Assembly: GCA_035505375.1 (NCBI GenBank)
Contig: DATJQV010000081.1
Span: 151,423-215,422 of the forward strand
Reading direction: 5' to 3'
Length of the DNA: 64,000 bases
DNA from: a bacterium
GTDB taxonomy: Bacteria > Hydrothermota > Tepidihabitantia > Tepidihabitantales > Tepidihabitantaceae
How positions within the stretch are numbered: the stretch's first letter is position 1; every line of letters starts with the position of its first letter. Shown here one piece after another: positions 11,780-21,519 of the stretch. The translations under genes were made by a program, and so were the position numbers. The notes below the pieces were generated by a model. The model did not search any database and was not told where the DNA came from. It saw nothing but the letters and a program-made list of their open reading frames with translations.

Positions 11780-12676
11780 CTACACCGTATCCACAAATGT
11801 CCGTTCAGCCCGATTGAACATCACCAGCCCGAGGAACAGGACGAGCAGGGTCATCGCGACCGAGATCAAGGTGTATCGGGGGCTTACCGTCCCGACGCCC
11901 AGGAATGCGTGTTTGAACAGCTCCACCACAGCGGTCATCGGATTAAGCGCGGCGACGATGCGCCACTTCAGGTTGGTGACCATCGACAAGGGGTATACTA
12001 CCGGAGTCGCGTACATCCAGAGCTGGATCAGGAACGCCATGGCGTATACCAAGTCCTGGTACTTCACGGTCAGCGCTGTTACCAGCAGGCCGAAACCCAG
12101 GCTGACGGCCGCGGTCTGGACAACCAGCAACGGCATGAGGAGGAGCTCGACGTTGGGCCTGATGAGCGGCCCGGCGGCGGAGAAGAACTTGAAATAGGTA
12201 AAGAAAGCCAGGAAGGTCAGTAGCTGGATTGCGAAGGCGATCAGGTTGGAAACGACTGCCGACAGCGGCACAACCAGCCGGGGAAAGTAGACTTTGCCGA
12301 AGAGACTGATGTTCGCCGTAAACGTGGTCGAGGTGGCGTTGAGGTTCGCCGCGAAGTAGTTCCACGGCACCAGCGCGCAAAGATAGAAAAGCAGCTTCGG
12401 CATGCCATCCGAGGGGAGCTTGGCGACGTTGCCGAAGATGACCGTGAAGACGACGGTCGTAAGGACCGGCTGGATGACGAACCAGGCCGGCCCCAGGATA
12501 GACTGCTTGTACCTCGACAGGAAATCCCGACGGACAAGGAGCACAAGCAGGTCCCGATACTCTGCCAGACCGCGCCAGTCAACATGGAGCAGGCCCCGGC
12601 TGGGCTGGATGACGATTCTGGGCAGCCGCCTGCCTGATGGAATCGAGCCGCCATCGGCCGCGTCAGGTACACTCAT
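11780..12676 (-). CDS. wzm: ABC-2 type polysaccharide export permease (Wzm/KpsM/TagG)
   Basis: 298 aa with six predicted TM segments. It pairs with wzt on the other side of the four-helix-bundle cassette. Confidence 0.75.
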   Translation of the reverse strand: MSVPDAADGGSIPSGRRLPRIVIQPSRGLLHVDWRGLAEYRDLLVLLVRRDFLSRYKQSILGPAWFVIQPVLTTVVFTVIFGNVAKLPSDGMPKLLFYLCALVPWNYFAANLNATSTTFTANISLFGKVYFPRLVVPLSAVVSNLIAFAIQLLTFLAFFTYFKFFSAAGPLIRPNVELLLMPLLVVQTAAVSLGFGLLVTALTVKYQDLVYAMAFLIQLWMYATPVVYPLSMVTNLKWRIVAALNPMTAVVELFKHAFLGVGTVSPRYTLISVAMTLLVLFLGLVMFNRAERTFVDTV

Positions 12677-12727
12677 GGCTATGACTGCTGGCGGAAGTCG
12701 CGGTAGAGTGGCAGGTCACCCAGCTAT

Positions 12728-13765
12728 CTATCCTTCGTTCCCGGTCGTTCGGACCAGATGTTCGAGTCCCTCCGGGAAGGAAACGCGCTCTTTGAGGCCG
12801 AGTCTGTCCCTCAGAACATTGACCGACGCGAGCGAGTGCTTGACATCACCGGGTCGAGCGACAGCATACTCCGGTTCGACGCGTTTGCCGGCAATCCGGC
12901 AGATCTCGCTCACAAGGAAGTTCAGAGTGTAACGCTCACCGGCAGCGACATTGCACAACAAGAACGGCGGGGTCGTCATCTTGTCCTTTGTCGTCTGGTC
13001 CTTGGTCTGGGACGAAGGACCAAGGGCCAAGGACTGCAGCGGGACAGTACACGCTGCCAGGTTCGCCGCGACGACATTCGCGACCGGCGTGAAGTCGCGC
13101 GACTGCTCTCCGTCGCCGTAGATGACCGGGCGCCGGCCATCGCGGATGGCGGCGATGAACTTGGGTATCACAGCAGCGTACTGGCTGCCGGGGTCCTGGC
13201 GCGGACCGAACACGTTAAAGTAGCGGAGTGCCACGGTCTCGAGGCCGTATAGCCGGCTGAAGACCTGGCAGTAGTGTTCGCCGGCGAGCTTGGCGCAGGC
13301 GTAGGGCGACAGAGGATTCGGTGTCATGCTCTCGTGCTTGGGCAGCTCCGCCGAGTCGCCATAGACAGAAGACGATGAGGCATATACGACCCGCCTGACT
13401 CCGCAATCCCGGGCGGCAATCAACACGTTGAGCGTACCGGTAGCATTGACCTCGTGTGTTGTCACGGGGTCCTTGATTGAGCGCGGGACCGACGGCAGGG
13501 CGGCCTGGTGAAGTACGAAGTCGACCGGGCCGGACGAGGACGCGGTCGAAGTCGGGTGAGCGCACATCGCGGAGCGCAGCACGTCGAGCGAGCGGACATC
13601 GCCCTCGATCAGTTCGACATCCTTCAGGAAAGGGGCCAGGTTCTCGCGCCGGCCGGTTGAGAAATTGTCGATGACCCGGACTGAATGGCCACGTTTGAGC
13701 AGCTCTTCAACGATGTTGGAACCAATGAAGCCTGCTCCCCCTGTAACGAGTACTTTAAGCATCAT
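12728..13765 (-). CDS. NAD-dependent epimerase/dehydratase (extended SDR; UDP-sugar 4-epimerase-like)
   Basis: VTGGAGFIGSNIV Rossmann motif and the catalytic YxxxK (SPYACAK). An unusual low-complexity insert QSLALGPSSQTKDQTTKDKMTTPP lies near 12960-13040. Confidence 0.75.
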   Translation of the reverse strand: MMLKVLVTGGAGFIGSNIVEELLKRGHSVRVIDNFSTGRRENLAPFLKDVELIEGDVRSLDVLRSAMCAHPTSTASSSGPVDFVLHQAALPSVPRSIKDPVTTHEVNATGTLNVLIAARDCGVRRVVYASSSSVYGDSAELPKHESMTPNPLSPYACAKLAGEHYCQVFSRLYGLETVALRYFNVFGPRQDPGSQYAAVIPKFIAAIRDGRRPVIYGDGEQSRDFTPVANVVAANLAACTVPLQSLALGPSSQTKDQTTKDKMTTPPFLLCNVAAGERYTLNFLVSEICRIAGKRVEPEYAVARPGDVKHSLASVNVLRDRLGLKERVSFPEGLEHLVRTTGNEG

Positions 13766-14901
13766 CAGTGGATACTATGCAATGTCCGACTGGAGTCAAG
13801 TGGGGCACGGGAGGAATCGGAGCGCGCCGCGGCAAGGGAATCGTCGAACTTCTGCACCTCGCTCTCGAGCCGGCTGATCTTCTGCTCGACGTTGCTGTCG
13901 GTGACCACATACTCGTTCCGGCTCATGGCGTCCACCATGAATCGGCAGATGGCAGGTGAATAGTGACTGTAGTCCATGTAGTTGTCCAGGTCCATGGTAA
14001 TGTCACCGATGTCCTGAAAGTCGAATATCCGGACGTTGGGCAGCCCGCGGGTCCGCTGGAAGATGTAGCGCTTCAGATCCATCAGGGTCTCCAGCCGGTG
14101 GCCGCTCACGCTCCAGAAGAGGACCGAATACGGTGGGTAGAAGAAGTAGTATTCCACCGCCGGGTGGCGTCCGATCAAAGGCATGACATTGACGTCGAAG
14201 CAGCGCTTCATGGTATCCAGGTCACCGGGACGGACCTGCACCGGCCCGGCATTCTGTCGCAGCGCGTCCCGCCACGTAGCCAATGTCGTCTCACGCGAAA
14301 ACGTGAACCGATCCGCTACGTACTGGCAACTGTCCAGGTTCATCTCCCGGTTGTAGCGAGTCAGGTGGAGCAGATTGGCAGCGAGCGCCCGCCTGCAGTC
14401 CGATACCAGCACATCCAGGTTCAGCAGGTAATGGTAGTCGTTGAACGGGTTATCGTCGTAAAGGTAGAACGGCATGCTCCCGGGCCCGAAGTTGAGTACC
14501 TTGGTGCCGCCGCCGAACTCGTTGAGGTCGAGGCCCCAGATGACGGTCCTGACCTTGCCCGTCCTCAGCGCGGTATTCAGCAGGATGTTCTCCTCGTAGG
14601 GTCTCCCGCCGCCGATGGATGTAAGCAGCACCCGCCGGGACAGCTTCTTGCCCACTTCCGAAGGAGTGAAGCTCTGTACCATCGACGAGCCGGTGATGAT
14701 ACAGTTGTAGTCGTAGTGCTTCGCGAATCCCGGGTTGTAGTAGCGCTGGTTCTCCCACAACGGGCGGTAGAACGTCGCGCGCCGGTAGTGCTGGAGCGGG
14801 TCAATCACGAACACGGTGCCGGCGACGAGGGCCAGACACAACGTCACGTACAAGAGCAGCCGGCGCATCCAGACTTTGTAGCGAAGCTTGCCGCGCATCA
14901 T
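13765..14901 (-). CDS. Membrane-anchored DltD/AlgJ-like accessory protein of an MBOAT O-acyltransferase
   Basis: 378 aa with a single N-terminal TM helix followed by a soluble domain. It lies immediately downstream of the MBOAT gene, the gene order seen in dltBD/algIJ-type systems. The assignment rests on context and architecture only. Confidence 0.45.
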   Translation of the reverse strand: MMRGKLRYKVWMRRLLLYVTLCLALVAGTVFVIDPLQHYRRATFYRPLWENQRYYNPGFAKHYDYNCIITGSSMVQSFTPSEVGKKLSRRVLLTSIGGGRPYEENILLNTALRTGKVRTVIWGLDLNEFGGGTKVLNFGPGSMPFYLYDDNPFNDYHYLLNLDVLVSDCRRALAANLLHLTRYNREMNLDSCQYVADRFTFSRETTLATWRDALRQNAGPVQVRPGDLDTMKRCFDVNVMPLIGRHPAVEYYFFYPPYSVLFWSVSGHRLETLMDLKRYIFQRTRGLPNVRIFDFQDIGDITMDLDNYMDYSHYSPAICRFMVDAMSRNEYVVTDSNVEQKISRLESEVQKFDDSLAAARSDSSRAPLDSSRTLHSIH

Positions 14902-14905
14902 GTGC

Positions 14906-16387
14906 CTAGAAGTTGAAGTAGAGGAAGGTGCTCACCTTGTTCATGCTCAGGAACGAGACGACGAACAGAACCGTCGCCAGAATCAGCGTGCGCGCGTTGG
15001 GCGAGAATCGCGCGGTCATCTCATCGGAGTTCTTCAGCAGGATGCAGACCAGGAGGAAAGCACCTATCATCCCGGCTGCCGGGGCGATCATGATCGGCCC
15101 GGTCCCGCGCCCGCACACATTCTCCACGCAACCGTCGGTGAACTCTACACCGACCCGTGTCAGCAATGACAAATGCCCCGCCAGCAGGCGCGGAAGTTGC
15201 ACTCCGTTCAGGCCGGCCATGCCGCGCAGGACCGACACCGCTCCCGGCAACGTCCTGGCCCTGAAGAACACCCAGCAGACGCTGACGAAACCGAAGGTCA
15301 TGACCCAGGCAAGCGCCCTTCCCAGCCTGAGGTTCGCTCCTTCCCAGATGCGGTGGATGACATTACCCAGCCCGTGCAGGAAGCCCCAGAGCATGAACGT
15401 CCATCCTGCCCCGTGCCAGAACCCACCGATGACGAACGTCAGCAGCACGTTCAGGTGGGTCCTGAGCTTGCCCTTGCGGTTGCCCCCCAGTGGAATGTAG
15501 ACGTAGTCCCTGAGGAATCGGCTCAAGGTCATGTGCCAGCGTTTCCAGAAGTCCTGTACGTTGAGGGCCTTGTAGGGCGAGTTGAAGTTCCTGGGCAAGA
15601 TGATATTGAACATCCGCGCCAGGCCGAGCGCCATGTCGGTGTAGCCGCTGAAGTCGAAGTACAACTGCAGTGTAAACGCGAGCGTCACCGTCCAGGCCTC
15701 GATGAAGTTCAGCGGCGCGTGGGCTGCGAAACCCTTGTCGGCCCATACCGCGAACGCGTCGGCCACTATCACCTTCTTGGCCAGCCCGATTGAGAACTGG
15801 TAGGCCCCCTGTGACAGGTTCTTCCAGTTGAGCAGCTTGTTCCTCAACCGGTCGAACTGAGGCATCATCTCTCGATGGTGAATGATGGGGCCGGCAATCA
15901 GGTGCGGAAAGAAAGTGACGAATAGAATGTAGTTCAGGAAGCTGTACTCGTTCGCCTTTCCCTTGGAACTGTCCACCAGGAACGCAATCTGGGTGAACGT
16001 GAAGAAGCTGATGCCCAGCGGAAGAATGAGCCGGAGTGCTCCGACGTGGGCCGACAGGAAGGAGTTGAAGTTGGCAATGAAGAAGTTTGCGTACTTGTAG
16101 TATCCCAGCACCAGCAGGTTGACCACGACCCCGGCGGCCAGAATCGCCTTCCTTCTGCGGGCACCGGGCGGCAGTCGCAGCAGCGTCGCACCGACCGCAT
16201 AGTTGAAGCAGATGCTGGCGGCCAGCAGCGCTACGAACCTCCAGTTCCAATAGGCATAGAAGACGACGGATGAGAGGGCCAGCCAGGCCTTGCCCGCCGT
16301 GACGAGCCTCTTCCAGTTAAGGAAGAAGTACCCGATCAGCGCAATCGGCAGGAAGAGGAATATGAAGGGATACGAATTGAAGAGCAT
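14906..16387 (-). CDS. MBOAT family membrane-bound O-acyltransferase (AlgI/DltB-like)
   Basis: 493 aa polytopic membrane protein. The conserved FWRRWH-type motif (FWKRWHMTLSRFLRDYVYIPLGG) carries the catalytic His. Confidence 0.85.
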   Translation of the reverse strand: MLFNSYPFIFLFLPIALIGYFFLNWKRLVTAGKAWLALSSVVFYAYWNWRFVALLAASICFNYAVGATLLRLPPGARRRKAILAAGVVVNLLVLGYYKYANFFIANFNSFLSAHVGALRLILPLGISFFTFTQIAFLVDSSKGKANEYSFLNYILFVTFFPHLIAGPIIHHREMMPQFDRLRNKLLNWKNLSQGAYQFSIGLAKKVIVADAFAVWADKGFAAHAPLNFIEAWTVTLAFTLQLYFDFSGYTDMALGLARMFNIILPRNFNSPYKALNVQDFWKRWHMTLSRFLRDYVYIPLGGNRKGKLRTHLNVLLTFVIGGFWHGAGWTFMLWGFLHGLGNVIHRIWEGANLRLGRALAWVMTFGFVSVCWVFFRARTLPGAVSVLRGMAGLNGVQLPRLLAGHLSLLTRVGVEFTDGCVENVCGRGTGPIMIAPAAGMIGAFLLVCILLKNSDEMTARFSPNARTLILATVLFVVSFLSMNKVSTFLYFNF

Positions 16388-17139
16388 CTAGCTGCGGAGG
16401 ATAGGAACTGGGAGGCGGGATGTCAAGCACGGACAAGAGCCGGTCCCGACGCACCACAACCTATGGTATCCCTCTGCCGCGGTCACCACTATTGCCCGAG
16501 GGAGTGGATGAACCGCCCACTGCCCAGGGGGCGGCAGCCAAAGACAGAATCGACCAAAGTGATGAACAGGGCCTGGAAGAACATATGGGCGGGACTTTGA
16601 GAAGACGTTGGAAGCGATCTGCAGAAGAGCCGACCCTCCGGCCTTCCAACCGAGCGACAAGTGAAGCAACCGAAGAAACGGTTTCTCAAGTAGTTGTGCG
16701 TACCGTCCATGAGGCGCTTCTTTGAAGCCCTCAGAGAGTCCGTGAAGGACCTTTCGCGGCAGCTTTCAGGGGAGCTTCCGGACGAGTTTCGAGAGTAGCT
16801 TTCCCGGTCGCTTTCGGTGGCGGAACTCAGGATGAGGCCTGCCCCCGGTTCAGACTCACTATCTTCGACTCCATCCTTCGGGCACGTCTATCTCGAGCGG
16901 GCGTCCCGACTGCCAGGCTGCGCGGAGGTATTTCACCGGTCACAACTGAACCCACGCCAATGAGGGTGCAGTTGCATGTCCGCGACCCTTGAGGGCGTAC
17001 TCCTGCGCCGCGTAGGGCGGATAGAGCAGTCGCTGATGGACGGACGGTCCTGGACAATCGCCGCTCTCTTGAAGCCTTCGACCGAAGACTTGCATAGTAG
17101 AGACGGAAGCGTCGCCGGCCCCTGGTGAATCATCACACT

Positions 17140-18849
17140 CTATTGCCTGCGCCCGAGCGTACCGACCGTGTGCGTAGAACCCCGTCCGTTGCCTGCGGAC
17201 GGCTGGCCCGGAACGGTGCCTGGCGGCGTGCTCGGGTCGGCCGTTGTCTTCGGACGCGGCGACACTCGGTAAACCCAGCCGTCACTCAAGTGAGCCACCT
17301 CCTCGAATTCAGCAACCCGCTCCAATTCATCAAGTGAGTAGATCGACTTGCGCCAGGTCATGTTGAACCACACCAGAACCGACCCGTTGCGGTCAGGCCA
17401 GGAACCCCTGAGAGCGTCCAGTCTGACGTCGCTTCTAAACGGCACAGACCTCGCATTCACGCGGCCCAATTCCCAGAGCGCATCGGGGCCGTCGCTGTAC
17501 ACGTGGACATCGGCCGCGGACAGTGTCCGCCTCGCGTATGCTATGGTCTCGCTCTGCCGCCACTTTGTGGTGTTGTATTCTCCGGCACCTTCATGGAACC
17601 GCGTGGCCGTGTCGGCCAGGACGCTCCGCAATGGAAAGAACAGCCAGATGGCAAGAAGCAGTGCCGGCGCGCTACGTACAAGGCCGGCACGTGCATTCTG
17701 GAGCGGACTCAGCAGGCGGGCAAACAGGTCAAGGAGAATCAGGGTAATCGGAATGTAGACGTAGGAGACATATCGTTCCTCAACGAATCCGTCGCCCCCT
17801 CTCGCGGCAAGAGCCGACGCTAGTACGACCGCGTATGCCATGACCAGTATGATTGACGGCAAATAGATCCGGAAGGTGGTCTTCAAGCTGCCGACAATTC
17901 TGCCTCTCGACCTCGGTAAGAACGCTATCGCAGTTGCCGCAACGACGAGTACCAAGAGCAAAAGAAGCCCGGCGGGTCCGGGAAGATACCACGAGAGCGC
18001 CGTGCGAATGCAGTAGGCGATACCACCAACCCAGGCAGACGAAATCTCCGCCATCGTGCGGGTGGAATTGACGTCGATCGCCGTCCCAACGTGCCTGAGT
18101 CGCTGCAGATGTAACATCCAAAGTGCAATTGGTACCAGCGCAACGGCGGCGAAGCCGCACGCACGTACGATTCGCTTGCCGAACTTCATGCCCGGGGCCA
18201 GAATCATCGTCAGGACCCCGGCCAGCACGAGGGCAAGCCCGAGATACTTGTCAACGCACGCGAACGCCGCCGCCAGGGCCATGACGAAGAGCACCCGTCG
18301 GCGTCGGCTCTGCCAGTAACTGTGAGCCGCAAGCAGGTAGACAAGAACCAAGGTAACAAAGAGCCCGTCGGCTATGGCCATTACGTAGACGGGTATCAAT
18401 GCTCTGGAAAGGAGGACGGCGCACATCCCCAGCACACCATAAGCCATCGTGGGCCGCGAACCGGGTCGAAACAGCATGGCAGACATGAGAATAACCAGCG
18501 CGAAGAGCACGGAGTTGACGACATGTGCGAACAGCATCGGGTCGAGCCGCGTTACAGAACTAATGAGCGCCAGCAGCATCGAATAGAGCGGGGGGTATAT
18601 GGCCATCGGCCTGCCGTCGTGGAAGACGAACCCTTTTCCCGCCACGAGGCTGCGTGCTACGTCGAGGTAGTTAACCGAGTCAGGTGCAATTCCGGCCCCA
18701 TACCTGGCGGTAGAAATCAGCACCAGTGCGGCCCCTGCCAGCGCGAATATCCCGGCAAACACCCACCACCTGCGCCCGGAGCCGACGTTGTCCATCTGGC
18801 CTTGGACAGTCGTCGAATCACGCACATCCGGCGAGCGCAGACGAAGCAT
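17140..18849 (-). CDS. GT39/GT83 (ArnT/PMT-like) polyprenyl-phosphate-sugar-dependent membrane glycosyltransferase
   Basis: 569 aa with more than 10 TM helices. The first periplasmic loop (DSVNYLDVARSL) and the YPPLYSMLLAL segment resemble the ArnT/PMT family. Confidence 0.55.
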   Translation of the reverse strand: MLRLRSPDVRDSTTVQGQMDNVGSGRRWWVFAGIFALAGAALVLISTARYGAGIAPDSVNYLDVARSLVAGKGFVFHDGRPMAIYPPLYSMLLALISSVTRLDPMLFAHVVNSVLFALVILMSAMLFRPGSRPTMAYGVLGMCAVLLSRALIPVYVMAIADGLFVTLVLVYLLAAHSYWQSRRRRVLFVMALAAAFACVDKYLGLALVLAGVLTMILAPGMKFGKRIVRACGFAAVALVPIALWMLHLQRLRHVGTAIDVNSTRTMAEISSAWVGGIAYCIRTALSWYLPGPAGLLLLLVLVVAATAIAFLPRSRGRIVGSLKTTFRIYLPSIILVMAYAVVLASALAARGGDGFVEERYVSYVYIPITLILLDLFARLLSPLQNARAGLVRSAPALLLAIWLFFPLRSVLADTATRFHEGAGEYNTTKWRQSETIAYARRTLSAADVHVYSDGPDALWELGRVNARSVPFRSDVRLDALRGSWPDRNGSVLVWFNMTWRKSIYSLDELERVAEFEEVAHLSDGWVYRVSPRPKTTADPSTPPGTVPGQPSAGNGRGSTHTVGTLGRRQ

Positions 18850-18850
18850 G

Positions 18851-19947
18851 CTAATTGCGGCCCGAGTTCTGGTCGGGGCGAGCGGATTCAGGGACAGAAG
18901 ATGCCGCGAGCACAGCGGAAAGTCTCTGCTCCCAGCACCAGGCAGTCGTCATCATCTCGTCGAGTCCGCGCTCCGGCCGCCAACCGAGGAGCTCCCCTGC
19001 CTTGCGGTTGTCGGAGAAGACTGCCGCAGCGTCGCCGGCGCGGCGGGGCCCTACACGGTATTTCAGCCTGCGGCCGGTGGCCCGTTCAAAGGCCTGAATC
19101 GCCTCCAGCACGGTCGTGCCCGTCCCCGACCCGAGATTGATGGCCGCTACCTTCTCTGTCCCTCGTCCTCCGCGTCCCTTCTTGCGCAGGTAGTCGATTG
19201 CCATGACATGGGCGCGGGCGATGTCGGAGACGTGGACGTAGTCGCGGACGCACGTGCCGTCGCGTGTTTCGTAATCGCTGCCGTGTACGACGAGCTCAGT
19301 CAGTCTGCCGGCCGCAACCCGCGTTATTCGCGGGAAGAGGTTATCCGGTTCGCCGTAAGGGGTCTCCCCGATTTCGCCCGAAGCGTGCGCGCCGACCGGA
19401 TTGAAATAGCGCAGCGAAACGAAACCGGTCTCGCTGGTTCTCGCGGTATCCGTGATGATGTGCTCGCCCATCTGCTTGGTCCGGGCATAGGGACACTCCG
19501 GCTCGCCGAACGGCGTGTCTTCCGCGACGGGAAGCGCTGTGGTGTTACCATAGACCGAGCATGAAGACGAGAAGATGAGGTGCGGAATCCCGTATTTGCC
19601 GGTGCAGGCAAGAACGTTGAGCAGGGAGTTGATATTGTTGTCGTAGTAGAGCAGCGGCTTTGCCACCGACTCGGGCACGGTCTTGTAAGCGGCGAAGTGG
19701 ATGACCGCGACCGAATCGCGGTGCTGATTGAATACGCCCTCGGTACTCGCCGCATCGCGCAGGTCAATCCTGTGGTTGATAACTCTCTTTCCTGTGATCC
19801 GCTCGACGCCGTCCAGGACGCTCTCGCCGGAGCGGGAGTTATCGTCGATCGAAACCGCGTCGAACCCGGCCGACAGCAGCTCGACCAGCGTGTGGCTACC
19901 GATGTAGCCGCAGCCGCCGGTGACTATGACCTTTGACGTCTGGCACC
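18851..19947 (-). CDS. galE: UDP-glucose 4-epimerase GalE
   Basis: KVIVTGGCGYIGSH...YFNPVGAH...YxxxK. The homologous frame continues upstream of the Met at 19678 back to about 19947. No canonical ATG, GTG or TTG sits in frame before the Rossmann motif, so the start is unresolved. Confidence 0.75.
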
Positions 19948-20258
19948 CGCCTCACGCAGTTTGTCATCTGACTGGCGTGGACCTTGTGGTCGCAACGGTC
20001 CGTAAGAGCCTATGCCCATGGCGCCTAACTATTAGCGAAAACACGAGAAGAATCAAGAAAAGCACGGACGTTCATGAAGATAGACTGAGGCGCGGGCCGG
20101 CGGTCGGCGGCTCTCAACCACGCCCGCACCCATGGCACCTTCACTCTGGAACAGCCCTGAAGACGTTGTCGCCGTGGTACCATCACTCCAGCACGGGTTT
20201 GACTTATCCCGCGGGCCGAATATGATTAGCCGGTGCGCCGCATTCGGCGCAATCCGCT

Positions 20259-20334
20259 GGGGTCTTAGTGTAGCCTGGTTTAACACGCTGCCCTGTCACG
20301 GCAGAGATCGCCGGTTCAAATCCGGTAGACCCCG
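20259..20334 (+). tRNA. tRNA-Asp (anticodon GTC)
   Basis: 76 nt cloverleaf read by hand. Acceptor GGGGTCT pairs with AGACCCC. D stem GTGT/ACAC. Anticodon stem CTGCC/GGCAG with loop CTGTCAC. T stem GCCGG/CCGGT with a TTCAAAT loop. Discriminator G. CCA is not encoded. Confidence 0.85.
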
Positions 20335-20384
20335 TTGCGCGAGGAAGTCCGAATGACGATACTCGAATTCCGACTGAACCCCGA

Positions 20385-21266
20385 ATGAGAGGAAACGTCC
20401 AATTCGGACTTCGCGCTTTCCGCGTATTCACTTGTCATTCGGGTTGCGGGCTTCGAGCTTGCCTGCTGCTCCTGGTGACACTCACCGGGGCGGCCTCGGG
20501 CATTTCCCCCGCGGCAAGGCTGAAGTCCAGCTACGAACTCGCTCTCAATGCCGAACGCCTGACCGAGGCCATTGTCGACAACCATCCCCGCGACATCTAC
20601 CGGATGTTCACGCCGGCGTTTGCCGCCGAGAACTCGTTCGCGAGTTTCGAATCCGCCTTTGTCCGGTGGACTGCCGGCCGCCGTATCGTCCGCGCCAGCC
20701 ACAAGGTCGTAGACGTCAAGGGCCCGGCCGGGTACGTTTCGAGCTGGTTCGTATTCCAGGGCCAGCGCGACTGCAACTATGTCTACCAGAACTGGTTGTA
20801 CACCGACAACGGCTGGGAACTCGTCTGGCTGTCCCGGGTCATGGACACGAGCTTCGCGTATGGCCAGACCGACTCGCTCGAACTGATACGGGTGGCCGAG
20901 GCCGGCGTGCGCTACGTGCTCTCGAGGCCGGGACTCGATCGGTTCCGGGCAGGGTTCAAGCGGCCGGACACCGTTGTGATGGTGCGCCTCGGTCTACCGG
21001 GTGAGGGCGAGTTCCATCTTGACAGCCTGCCGATCTTCTGGACCACGGTGGCGGAGATAAGACAGGGTAGCCACCTGCCAGGCACCCAGTTCCTGCTCAG
21101 CCTCGCGCTGGTCAGGCTCATGGGTGACATGGCTCTCGTGACCGTAGACCTGACTCCGACCGGGTACGCTGTTCTCGGCCGAAAGCACCACCCGCGGGGA
21201 ATCGAGGTCTATCTCGAGCGGGCCGGCGCTGACTGGCGGTTCTACGGCGTCGGGAAGACCTGGTAG
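20385..21266 (+). CDS. Hypothetical secreted protein
   Basis: 293 aa with a hydrophobic signal-like stretch LRACLLLLVTLTGAASG. No family recognised. Confidence 0.4.
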   Translation: MRGNVQFGLRAFRVFTCHSGCGLRACLLLLVTLTGAASGISPAARLKSSYELALNAERLTEAIVDNHPRDIYRMFTPAFAAENSFASFESAFVRWTAGRRIVRASHKVVDVKGPAGYVSSWFVFQGQRDCNYVYQNWLYTDNGWELVWLSRVMDTSFAYGQTDSLELIRVAEAGVRYVLSRPGLDRFRAGFKRPDTVVMVRLGLPGEGEFHLDSLPIFWTTVAEIRQGSHLPGTQFLLSLALVRLMGDMALVTVDLTPTGYAVLGRKHHPRGIEVYLERAGADWRFYGVGKTW

Positions 21267-21461
21267 ACACCGGAAGCTGGAAGTCAGAAACCCGACCGCA
21301 GCCGACTGCGGGACGCGGACTCCATCGACGAGCCCGATGCCGGCAGCGAGAAGCTCGTCCTTCCTGGCACGTCTCCCTTCACTCTTCTCTCTTCTGCTCC
21401 CAGCCGGCGGCGTGAATGGCTCCACGACGGGCCGCGAGGACCTCTTCTACAACCGTTGGCC

Positions 21462-21497
21462 GATGAAAACAGAACCGGACCGGGGTCGCCGGTCCGG
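21462..21497 (-). terminator. Rho-independent terminator for the PDZ-lipoprotein gene
   Basis: A perfect 9-bp GC stem (ccggaccgg / ccggtccgg) with a 5-nt loop. On the minus-strand transcript it is followed by UUCUGUUUUCAUC. It lies about 25 nt after the stop at 21520. Confidence 0.55.
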
Positions 21498-21519
21498 CTC
21501 TCAAGACTCGCTTTCCGTC

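Noticed and set aside
16388-17140. 750-bp gap between the MBOAT and GT39 genes, examined for a gene or ncRNA
   Set aside because: Only short low-complexity ORFs, for example 16420-16725. No promoter, hairpin series or recognisable RNA motif. Left unannotated.
20335-20385. Integrated element adjacent to tRNA-Asp considered
   Set aside because: No integrase, direct repeat of the tRNA 3' end or GC shift in the flanks. The downstream gene is an ordinary hypothetical.
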